From: Candidatus Bathyarchaeota archaeon
GTDB lineage: Archaea > Thermoproteota > Bathyarchaeia > Bathyarchaeales > Bathycorpusculaceae
Length of the DNA stretch: 64,000 nucleotides
Reading direction: 5' to 3'
Assembly: GCA_963828195.1 (NCBI GenBank)
Contig: CAWHDT010000005.1
Coordinates: 608,001 to 672,000, forward strand
The position numbers and the translations under genes are program-made. Shown piece after piece: positions 20,162-28,594 of this stretch (positions within the stretch are counted from its first letter, which is position 1; each line of letters opens with the position of its first letter). The notes beneath the pieces are model-generated. The model did no database searches. It worked only from the letters and a program-made list of their open reading frames with translations, and was not told the DNA's origin.

Positions 20162-20364
20162 AGTCTGTTGATATATTATATAGCTTTTAGGTTTAATCAT
20201 CACTTAATAGAGCGCGACCTCAACTCTAAAAATCACATTCCGGATATTGGCGCGCGCTCAAGTGCATCATAGAAGAATCTATTAAAACACTTTAAACAAA
20301 TAGGAATATATGAATGCTTAATAACAGTCCATTTGACAAGTAACACAGACTGAGGGAAGATGGT

Positions 20365-21267
20365 ATGGTTACAAGCGGCAAAGCTAACAAGTGTTATATC
20401 GCTGCATCGGCAAATGACGACCTTCTTTTAAAAATTAAGAAGTATCTTGAAGACCGTGAAATTGAGGTAACCGACGCTTATAGTTTTGAGCTGTCAGAAT
20501 CAAGTTTGATTGTTCAGAATGAAATGAAAATAAAGAAAAGCACATTCTTTGTGGCAATTATATCCTTAGTTGAACCTAACCCTAACGTTTTCTATGAGTT
20601 GGGCATCGCGAGGGCAATGTGTAAGCCGACTTTCCTGATTATTCGTGACAAAGGTAATTTGCCAACGTCGATTGCGGAAATGAACTATGTAAGAGCGTCT
20701 AGTGCTAACTTAGAAACAATATTTTATAGCTTAGACAGGTTCCTCAATGTTGTTGTCGGCAAATCTAAACAAAAGAAAGTGTGTACCTCAGAATATGATA
20801 AGCCCTTGGAAGTCAAAGGACCTATTTACATAGAAGAAACTGAGCAACAGTTTGTTTTGCCAAAAAATGAAGAACAACTTGTTAGAGATATAGAGGCTCT
20901 GTTTGATAGACAAGGTATCGTTTACTTTGTAGAGAAACTAGATAACAGTAGGGTTGATATGTCCCTCTGGGTTGATTCCCTTGAAAAATCGATTGGAAAC
21001 CCAATTCTAGTTGAATTAAAGGCTGGTCGCCTAACAGAAGCAATCATTTGTAATGCTGAACAAAAATTAATCGAATCCATAAAGACTGTTCATGGCCGAG
21101 GCGGTTTGTTAATTTATTCAGATTCGAGCGGCAGGCATTTTAAGCGTTCCAAGTGGAAATCTCCACTAATAATACGTCTAGATTTCAAAGAACTGCTAAA
21201 CAATAATGCCCCTATTGATTTAGTCATTTTGTCAGAACGGAACCAAATTGTACATTCGGGAGAATGA
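20365..21267 (+). CDS. NDT/TIR-like nucleotide-processing domain fused to PD-(D/E)XK restriction-endonuclease-like domain
   Basis: NPNVFYELGIARAMCKP motif; RVDMSLW...PILVELK...GGLLIY. Confidence 0.7.
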   Translation: MVTSGKANKCYIAASANDDLLLKIKKYLEDREIEVTDAYSFELSESSLIVQNEMKIKKSTFFVAIISLVEPNPNVFYELGIARAMCKPTFLIIRDKGNLPTSIAEMNYVRASSANLETIFYSLDRFLNVVVGKSKQKKVCTSEYDKPLEVKGPIYIEETEQQFVLPKNEEQLVRDIEALFDRQGIVYFVEKLDNSRVDMSLWVDSLEKSIGNPILVELKAGRLTEAIICNAEQKLIESIKTVHGRGGLLIYSDSSGRHFKRSKWKSPLIIRLDFKELLNNNAPIDLVILSERNQIVHSGE

Positions 21268-21816
21268 TTCCCTTGACCCAATATTCACAAAGTAAGATCA
21301 GAAGTTATTTTGACATTTCAGACGCAGCACCCAATGACGCTGGAGGAAGGACATTAAAGGGTAGAACACTTGAAGACCTGATTTACTATATTTTTGAGAG
21401 GGTTCCAGGTATTCCTATCATCGAAAGAAACCTACAGAACGCTTTCCAAACTGAAGAAATTGATCTTGCTTTCTGGAACGAAAAAACGGTTAAGGGTCTA
21501 ATATTTCCTGCCTAATCTTATAATAGTTGAATGTAAAAACTGGTCAAGTTCAGTCGATACTGACGCAGTTTCCTATTTTAAGAACAAAATTGAAGAAAGA
21601 GGTTTAGATTTTGGAGTGCTTGTAGCAGCGAACGGAATCACAGGCGATAGAGAAGTTCTCTCAAGAGCTAATTTCATAATTGCCACAGCATTGGCTCACG
21701 GAATCCGCATAATCGTTTTAACACGAGGTGAAATTGAAACCCTCAGAACTACAGCAGATCTAGTATTATTGATAAAGAAGAAATTATGCAAATTAATTCT
21801 TACTCAATCAGTATAA
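21264..21816 (+). pseudogene. Mrr-like restriction endonuclease split by +1 frameshift near 21500
   Basis: KGRTLEDLI...EEIDLAFWN in one frame; FLPNLIIVECKNWS...GVLVAANGITG in the next frame; ATGA overlap with upstream gene. Confidence 0.8.
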
Positions 21817-21942
21817 AAGTACTCCGAAACATTACTGAAAAAATGGGGAAGCTGAAGAGCGCGCGTCAACATAAGTCTCATGAAATTGACTTCATACAGG
21901 AAAACAAAATCCTTAAAATTTCCTGAAACTCCCTTGGGGCAT

Positions 21943-22968
21943 CTAAGATGTTAAATTTTCATTAAATTTCTTCAAGTAATCGACTGTTATCTGTTCAACG
22001 ATCTTTGCATAGTCAATTTTAAGGTTGCTTAACCGAAGAAAACGAATTCCAGAGGCGTTTGCTTTTCGTATAGCTGCCGGTGTCGCTTTTCTAAAAACTA
22101 TCATACCATATGTATTCTTGGCTAAATAGCTAGTAATTTTGTCTTTTTCACGACTCTTTGCCCATTCAATTTTTTTAAGGAAAGAGTTTACCGTGTAACC
22201 TGTTACTGGAAACCGAGTGTAAACATCTATAGCAAGGTATTTTTTTTCTATTGTGTTTTCTCTGAAATGGTAAAAAATATCAAACGTCATACCGCCAGTG
22301 ATCTTTAACGTTTCTCGTTTTCTTGGTCTTATCGCGTCGTCATAGCTGAGCATGACGTCAATAGGGTACAAGTTCATTATTAGTTCGTGGACTATTTTTA
22401 GGACTGAAAACTCGGCTAAATCTTTAACAATAATTGATTGCTCATCCAGCCCCATTTTCCAAGCATGAGATTTAGGAACGTAAAAGTCGGTATTTCCTAA
22501 GTGCACTTTCTCAATAAATCCCAGTTTCTCTAATCGCCTCGTTGTGTATTCAACAACATTTCCTGGTGCGGGGACCAAGCGTTTCAGATCATACAATGAG
22601 AAGTAGAAAACATCTTTGTTTAAACTCAAAAATTTTTCAAGGAGGCGCTTTTGAAACTGGGTCAAAAGACTGCCCATTTTGTTTTTTACTTCTTTCTCAG
22701 GTTTGTTTTTTAAAAATAACAGCTTGCCTTGTCTACCAAAAATAGTTGGCTTTTGTTCGTTTGTTGCTTTAAAAGCTTCAATGCACCTGCAATCGCCAGA
22801 GGTTAGGAACTTAATGCTTTTTACTATTGTATAGTTGCCGCAACTACCTTCAAGCAAACTCTTAAGCCTAGCAGTTGTACACATACCTTCTTTCTGCACA
22901 AGGTTTACAGCGGCCTCTCTTCTTCCCTTACAAGCAAGTTCACAAGGACAACTAATAGGATTTCCCAT
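21943..22968 (-). CDS. Winged-helix plus C-terminal REase-fold-like protein
   Basis: wHTH-like SLYDLKR...VEYTTRRLEKLGFIEKV; TFDIFY...LAIDV...GMIVF..ATPAAIRKANASGI resembles Mrr-cat tail. Confidence 0.5.
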   Translation of the reverse strand: MGNPISCPCELACKGRREAAVNLVQKEGMCTTARLKSLLEGSCGNYTIVKSIKFLTSGDCRCIEAFKATNEQKPTIFGRQGKLLFLKNKPEKEVKNKMGSLLTQFQKRLLEKFLSLNKDVFYFSLYDLKRLVPAPGNVVEYTTRRLEKLGFIEKVHLGNTDFYVPKSHAWKMGLDEQSIIVKDLAEFSVLKIVHELIMNLYPIDVMLSYDDAIRPRKRETLKITGGMTFDIFYHFRENTIEKKYLAIDVYTRFPVTGYTVNSFLKKIEWAKSREKDKITSYLAKNTYGMIVFRKATPAAIRKANASGIRFLRLSNLKIDYAKIVEQITVDYLKKFNENLTS

Positions 22969-23037
22969 TAATCTTAACCGTTAATTTGTTCAACAGTCGA
23001 GTTATTAATAACCATTCCCTAGAAATTAAGTGATTGT

Positions 23038-23152
23038 AATCTAGTAATAAGAAAGGAAATATAGTAAAATGAAATTATTGAAAATTATTTGATATTCTAT
23101 TGAATTACTAGTTTCCTCATTACTAATCAGATTACTAGTAAATTACTAGATT
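23038..23152. promoter_or_regulatory. Putative operator array upstream of the wHTH gene
   Basis: ATTACTA(G/A) at 23104, 23119, 23131, 23142; AATCTAGTAAT (23038..23048) is the perfect inverse of ATTACTAGATT (23142..23152). Confidence 0.5.
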
Positions 23153-23468
23153 TAAGGTTATGTCGGGAATTTATGTCAACAACTAATTGAACGAGTTTAG
23201 CTATTGTATACTTAGTCAAGATTGCAAGGATCCACTTGCAGCCTCTACCACATGAACCCAACATGGAGTTGGAGAACCGCGCGCTGGCAAGCTGCAAGGC
23301 AATCTTGATTTTTGTAGTCTTTGACTCGTACTTTTAGAAAAAAAAGACAGGCTGGAGATATTGCGATATTTCCATAATGAAATTCGATTTTCCAGCTTAA
23401 CTTTTTGTGTTTTGGTTTGTTTTTTTGTTGCGACTTTTCGGATGGGCGCTGGGGAAGCTGCGGCGTGG

Positions 23469-24314
23469 CTATTTTTTCAGTTTTGCTTGGACTTTTTCGA
23501 CGATTTGCATGAAGGCTTTTGCCGCCGCCGAATTCTTCTGCGCCACGATGAACGGTTCGCCCCTGTCGGAGTCCACGCCGATTTTCGGGTCAATCGGGAT
23601 GCTGCCGAGGAAAGCCACGTCCATCTCTTTAGCCATTTTTTCTCCTCCGCCTGACTCGAAAATCTCTGTTTTCGTTCCGCAGTGAGGGCAGACAAAGCCG
23701 CTCATGTTTTCGACAACGCCGATGATCGGCATGTTTAGGCGTTCGGCGAAGGTGATGGCTTTCTTGACCACGCTGCTTGAGAGTCCAGTAGGCATGGTGA
23801 CGATGACGACGCCGTCTATGTCAGGCAGCAGCTGCGCGATGCTGAGCGGCTCATCGCCCGTGCCAGGCGGCAAATCAATGAATAGAAAATCCAGTTCACC
23901 CCAAACAATGTCTACGAGAAACTGCTTTATCGCCTTCATCTTCAGCGGTCCACGCCAAATCGTCGGCGCTTCCTCAGGCAAAAAGAAGTCAATCGACATA
24001 ACCCTCATCCCCAGCGGACCGTCAACTGGAAAAGCCCCGGGAGGACCATACTTAACCTGCTGCCCCTCCAACCCCAGAAGCTTAGGCACGCTTGGCCCAT
24101 GAATGTCGGCGTCTAAAACCCCAACCTTGAACCCCTTCGCAGCAAAAGCCGTTGCAAGGTTAACGGTTACGGTGCTTTTTCCAACCCCGCCTTTGCCGCT
24201 GATAACCGCGATTTTATGTTTGATCTTGCTCATTCGCTCTTTCAGTTTATTTTGCTCTTCTGACTGCTGTTTCTTGTATTCTTCAAGCTGAGCCATATTT
24301 CTCTCTAAAGCCAT
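23469..24314 (-). CDS. Mrp/NBP35 Fe-S cluster carrier ATPase
   Basis: SGKGGVGKST, DADIHGPS, IWRGP, DLPPGTGDE, ENMSGFVCPHC. Confidence 0.95.
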   Translation of the reverse strand: MALERNMAQLEEYKKQQSEEQNKLKERMSKIKHKIAVISGKGGVGKSTVTVNLATAFAAKGFKVGVLDADIHGPSVPKLLGLEGQQVKYGPPGAFPVDGPLGMRVMSIDFFLPEEAPTIWRGPLKMKAIKQFLVDIVWGELDFLFIDLPPGTGDEPLSIAQLLPDIDGVVIVTMPTGLSSSVVKKAITFAERLNMPIIGVVENMSGFVCPHCGTKTEIFESGGGEKMAKEMDVAFLGSIPIDPKIGVDSDRGEPFIVAQKNSAAAKAFMQIVEKVQAKLKK

Positions 24315-24425
24315 AAAAACACCAATCCCTGAAATCTCGTTAAAGTTTGATTCCCAAGTAAGCTAAAATAGTTTATGGTGTCTTATTCAAGTTAAGGCTA
24401 AACTGTTTTCGTGGGATGAAAAATA

Positions 24426-25394
24426 ATGGTGGAACTTGAAGATATATTGCAGGCACAAAGGAACATAGCGGGCTACGCCAAGGTCACGCCGCTGATCAGG
24501 TCGAATTTTGTAAGCGAATTGATAGAGGGAAACGTTTTTCTAAAGATGGAAAACGAGCAGGTAACGCATTCTTTTAAGGTTCGCGGCGTAATCAACAAGC
24601 TTCTAAGTTTGTCTGCTGAGGAAAAAGCCAAAGGAGTGGTTACGGCTTCAGCGGGCAATCATGGACAAGCCGTGGCTTATGGCGCGCAGAAGCTGGGTTT
24701 TCAAGCGAAAATTGTTGTGCCCGCTCATGCGCCGAAGGTTAAGGTGGACGGAATAAAACAGTTTGGCGCGGAACTTTTGCTGTTCGGCGAGACTTATGAT
24801 GAGGCAGAAAAGAAAGCCAAGCAACTCGCGGCTCAAGAAGGACGGCTTTTCATCTCTCCGTACAATGACGAGCGGATTGTGGCTGGGCATGGAACAGTGG
24901 GGTTAGAAATCCTCAAGGAACAGCCAAGTGTTGACGTTGTCGTTGTTCCCGTTGGGGGAGGCGGTTTAATCGGAGGCATCGCCATCGCCGTTAAAACACA
25001 GAAGCCAACGGTGCGCGTCATCGGGGTCCAGTCTGCGGCCTCACCAGTCATGTACGAGTCTTTGAAGGCGGGAAAGATTGTTCCGCCGCATAGACATGAG
25101 CGCTACACTATAGCGGAGGGGCTGGTGGGTGCAGTGGAGAAAGGCTCAATCACCTTCCTCATTGCCCAGCAGTACGTTGACGAGGTAACACTGGTTCGGG
25201 AAGAGCTTATCAGGAGGGCTGTTTACTTGCTGTGGAAGAACGAGAAGCAGGTAGTTGAGGGTTCAGGCGCCGCGGGTGTTGCGTGGCTCATAGAAAACAA
25301 GGCTGCCTTCGCTGGAAAAACTGTTGCGGTTGTGATAAGCGGGGGAAACATCGACCAGTACCTTTTCGACGGCATCGTAGCCGAAGAAGAGTAA
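24426..25394 (+). CDS. ilvA: PLP-dependent threonine/serine dehydratase (no ACT domain)
   Basis: LKMENEQVTHSFKVRG, ASAGNHGQ, VPVGGGGL, SGGNID. Confidence 0.85.
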   Translation: MVELEDILQAQRNIAGYAKVTPLIRSNFVSELIEGNVFLKMENEQVTHSFKVRGVINKLLSLSAEEKAKGVVTASAGNHGQAVAYGAQKLGFQAKIVVPAHAPKVKVDGIKQFGAELLLFGETYDEAEKKAKQLAAQEGRLFISPYNDERIVAGHGTVGLEILKEQPSVDVVVVPVGGGGLIGGIAIAVKTQKPTVRVIGVQSAASPVMYESLKAGKIVPPHRHERYTIAEGLVGAVEKGSITFLIAQQYVDEVTLVREELIRRAVYLLWKNEKQVVEGSGAAGVAWLIENKAAFAGKTVAVVISGGNIDQYLFDGIVAEEE

Positions 25395-25397
25395 CGG

Positions 25398-25883
25398 TCA
25401 ACCCAGTTTGTAGCCGATTTTGCGCAGAAACTCCCGTCGTTCTTTAATGTCTGCGTCGGTTTCTATGCCTTTGCTTTTTGACCCGTTGACCACGCCAACG
25501 ATGCCCCGTCCCTGCTCCGTCTCGGCAACTATTACTTCGAGCGGGTTAGCGGTGGCGGCGTAAATGGAGCAAACTTCAGGCGCATGCTTGATTTTATCAA
25601 GGACATTTAGCGGATAAGCGTTTTTTAGGATTATAAGAAAACTGTGCCCGCAACCGATTTCAAGGGCTTTCTCAGCCGCCAACCGACGCAGTTCCTCGTC
25701 GTTTCCTTCGTGCCTAACCAAACAAGGTCCTGAGCTTTCGCAGAAGCCAATGCCGAATTTGATGTTTGGGACAGAATTGACCAGGGCTTCATAGAGGTCT
25801 TCAGCGGTTTTTATGAAGTGCGCCATGCCAACGATGACGTTACAGTCTTTAGGCGGGTCAACTTTAACTATCTTAAACTCCAA
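25398..25883 (-). CDS. Adenosine-specific kinase family (DUF355) protein
   Basis: [40 protein letters not shown]. Confidence 0.88.
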   Translation of the reverse strand: MEFKIVKVDPPKDCNVIVGMAHFIKTAEDLYEALVNSVPNIKFGIGFCESSGPCLVRHEGNDEELRRLAAEKALEIGCGHSFLIILKNAYPLNVLDKIKHAPEVCSIYAATANPLEVIVAETEQGRGIVGVVNGSKSKGIETDADIKERREFLRKIGYKLG

Positions 25884-26249
25884 CTTTAAGCCTCCAAAGC
25901 CTAATGAAATAACTGCGCTTTTAACATATAGCTTTTCGCTGACATCTTGTCAGGATATTTGTGCGTACGCAAGAGCCCACCTAATAGGTTTTCTAGATGA
26001 ACCAAACATAAACCTGATTTTTTATGGGAAAAGCGAGTTTTTCTAACTTATCTCTTAAGGAAGTAAAGAAATAGAGTGCCACATACGTTTAGGACTTGCC
26101 TTCGGACTTTTTTGGTATTTTTCGCTCGTGTCGATGTATGCCGTGAAGCGCAGTTATCAATCAACCGTTTAACCCTTAGTTATAGGAAATGATTTGGGGA
26201 AAGGCTTAAAAAAAGTTTATAACAAATATGAAAGTGGACTGCTTCAATC

Positions 26250-26648
26250 GTGGACGAGAAAGAAGAAAAAAGAATCTATACCGAAATTGAAAAAGCAAAC
26301 ATAATCCAAAGTCAACTTGATATTTTAGAGCGGAAATCTCATCAAAAGACGTTAGTTAAATTGTTCATTTTATTTGCTTGTGTCACAATTCTCATTGTGT
26401 CGGCCATAGTAACGTTTAGCCCAAAAACTGTTACCGGTTTCTATGTTACAGTAACTTTGAATTTCTCCTTTTTATTGATAGTTATAGCAATTTTGGGTTT
26501 AGATACATTTGCAGACTCAGTTAAAGAACGTGAAAATGCAGTAAACACTCTTAGAATAGATGTTCTAAAAGACAAGGTTCTTAGCCTACAAAAAGAATGC
26601 AGCGAATTAAAGCAAAAGTACGACGAATCATTGAAAGAAAAAACCTAA
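26250..26648 (+). CDS. Hypothetical two-TM coiled-coil protein
   Basis: 132-aa ORF with two hydrophobic helices; AT-rich. Confidence 0.55.
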   Translation: MDEKEEKRIYTEIEKANIIQSQLDILERKSHQKTLVKLFILFACVTILIVSAIVTFSPKTVTGFYVTVTLNFSFLLIVIAILGLDTFADSVKERENAVNTLRIDVLKDKVLSLQKECSELKQKYDESLKEKT

Positions 26649-27119
26649 GTGAACATAAAATATTATTCGCTGAACCATTCTAGCTGCTTGCTTCCCTGCG
26701 TGGTGCCGAAGCTTGGGTCAATTTTCTCTTCTTCCTCAGCTTCTTCAATGGGTTCATGACTGTTTAGGAACAGGGCTAACTTTTCTTCGTTCTTCGGGTT
26801 TGCGAACTCCAAAACCTCAAAGCGACCTTCCTCCTTGCGTCTTCGGAGAATTAGTTAGTTTCGCGAAAAACCCTTAGAAGTTCAGGTTTACCCAAATAAT
26901 CTTCTAAAGAGAATCCAAATAGCAGAAGCCGTTTACCTTCAACATAAAAACGTGTTTTTCAATGTACATTTTTAGCAAAATCGATGTTGAGAACTTGGCA
27001 GGACTTGAAGTTGGAGGCTGTTTTTTGACGATAAATCTTATATGCGTCAACGCAGTGCCCTAGAGGTGTGTGCAATAAACAGTTTTTGCACCATAAACAG
27101 AAAGAAGGAGTTGAAAGTA

Positions 27120-27263
27120 GTGACCGAAAAAGAAATGCATAAAGCAACTTGCGCTGAATGCGGAAAAGAATGCGAAGTCCCATTCAAACCTGACCCAAGC
27201 AGGCCAGTTTACTGCCGAGAATGCTTTGCTAAGAAACGCCCAGCAAGGCCAAGACGATATTAA
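27120..27263 (+). CDS. CxxC-x17-CxxC small zinc-finger protein
   Basis: MHKATCAECGKECEVPFKPDPSRPVYCRECF; AAGGAG upstream of GTG 27120. Confidence 0.9.
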   Translation: MTEKEMHKATCAECGKECEVPFKPDPSRPVYCRECFAKKRPARPRRY

Positions 27264-27408
27264 GCTAACCGCTTAACCATCAAACCTCACAATTTATTCA
27301 TCATTTTTTTTATCTTTCAATCATTTTTCTGCGTAAGCCCTGCTTTTGCCCAAACAAAAGCTAAATATCATTGAGTGGCTAATCAACAGGCTTATACTAA
27401 GGTGTCAA

Positions 27409-27486
27409 GGGCTGGTAGTTCAGTCTGGCATGAACGCTTGATTTGCATTCAAGAGGTCGGGGGTTCAAATCCCCCCCAGTCCACCA
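27409..27486 (+). tRNA. tRNA-Ala(UGC)
   Basis: GGGCTGG/CCAGTCC acceptor with G3:U70, anticodon arm CTTGA-TTTGCAT-TCAAG, GGTTCAAATCC, encoded CCA. Confidence 0.95.
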
Positions 27487-27911
27487 CTCCATGCTTTTCA
27501 GTGATTCCAGACCAATGGAAAACGAGCACGTTATTTTCGTTTTTTGAAGATTTTGTTGCTGTTAAGCCCAAACACAAGCAAGCCCTGCCTCAACGAGTTT
27601 AGGAACCTCCTCTTCAGTGTGAGAGAGTCTGAATTTGCCAAGTTCGGGTGCCTCAGAATTTGTTCCCGACATCATCAATAGGACAACTAGTCCTTTCTCC
27701 GACTAACGTGTTTTTCTTCACAGGCAACATGTTCTAATGCAAGCGGTTAAATAAAAATAATCGCGCACGTTGCACCATAAAATGATTAGACAATTGGGTG
27801 AGAGAAATTATTTGTGTTCTCCCCGCGACTAATTTTAGGTTAAATAAGAAAAATGGGGTTTGCGAGTGAAATCGCGAGTTTGAGCAAGTTCAAATTACCC
27901 CCCAGTCCATT

Positions 27912-28389
27912 TTATTTTTCAGTTTTAACTAATCTTTCGTATTCAAGAGGTCTTATGATCTTCACGTTTTTGATTTTTCTCCAGTCCGAGACGTCTTCGG
28001 TTATTATCGTATCCAAACCCTTTCTCATCATGCACGCCGCATGTATGGAATCATAGCTAACTCCCGATTCAACCAATATGCTTGCTGCGTCTTGAAGAGT
28101 GTGTTCATCGATTTGTATCATATTAATCGGCAGCGAGAAGAATGCAGCCAAAGCAATTGAGGCTTTTTCTGCGTCGATTCGAGCCAGAGAACCAAGGAGC
28201 TCTATCTGAACCAGAAAACTGCAGTGCGCTTCGATTCGCTTACTTTCAATGTCATCAATTATGTGTTTGCATGCTTTGCCGTAAACTGGATGCGCCAAAG
28301 CAGGGTAGTCGAAAATATTGGTGTCTATGTAGAACCTGAATTTATCGCCGGTGCCTTCCGTTTTTTGAGCCGCTGTTTTTTGGGTTCAA
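27912..28389 (-). pseudogene. vapC: VapC PIN toxin whose N-terminal FYIDTNIF motif is out of frame with the apparent TTG start
   Basis: PIN frame reads TGA-TQKTAAQKTEGTGDKFRFYIDTNIFDY...YDSIHAA...ITED with no ATG/GTG/TTG before the first catalytic Asp. Confidence 0.7.
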
Positions 28390-28594
28390 TCGGGTAAGTC
28401 TCTTTCCAAGAGTCTTCGACAAGTCGGGTTGCGTCAATGTTGATTGATTTGCCGATGAGATTCCAGAGTTTATCAGATGGATTAGAAGTGAGTTTGTGGG
28501 ATTCCATGATTATTCGGTTATTTTCAGATTTCACTATGAGTTTGTCGCCTATCCTAACGCCTAACTTTGCACGCACAGCTTCAGGTACCGTCAC
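28325..28594 (-). CDS. AbrB-type antitoxin, N-terminally truncated
   Basis: YQVTVPEAVRAKLGVRIGDKL with an in-frame TAA a few codons upstream; overlaps the end of the YVTN gene. Confidence 0.7.
   Translation of the reverse strand: MTVPEAVRAKLGVRIGDKLIVKSENNRIIMESHKLTSNPSDKLWNLIGKSINIDATRLVEDSWKETYPIEPKKQRLKKRKAPAINSGST

Larger units (their letters stand above)
16936..23448. mobile_element. AT-rich defence island between albA and the Mrp/NBP35 gene
   Basis: Compositional shift, defence gene content, imperfect flanking direct repeat; no integrase seen. Confidence 0.7.

Noticed and set aside
26663-26855. Minus-strand open frame LILRRRKEEGRFEVLEFANPK...QLEWFSE
   Set aside because: Protein-like but preceded by a stop with no convincing start; probably a gene remnant that I cannot assign
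27375-27602. 75-aa ORF in the ORF track
   Set aside because: Overlaps tRNA-Ala; spurious translation of the tRNA
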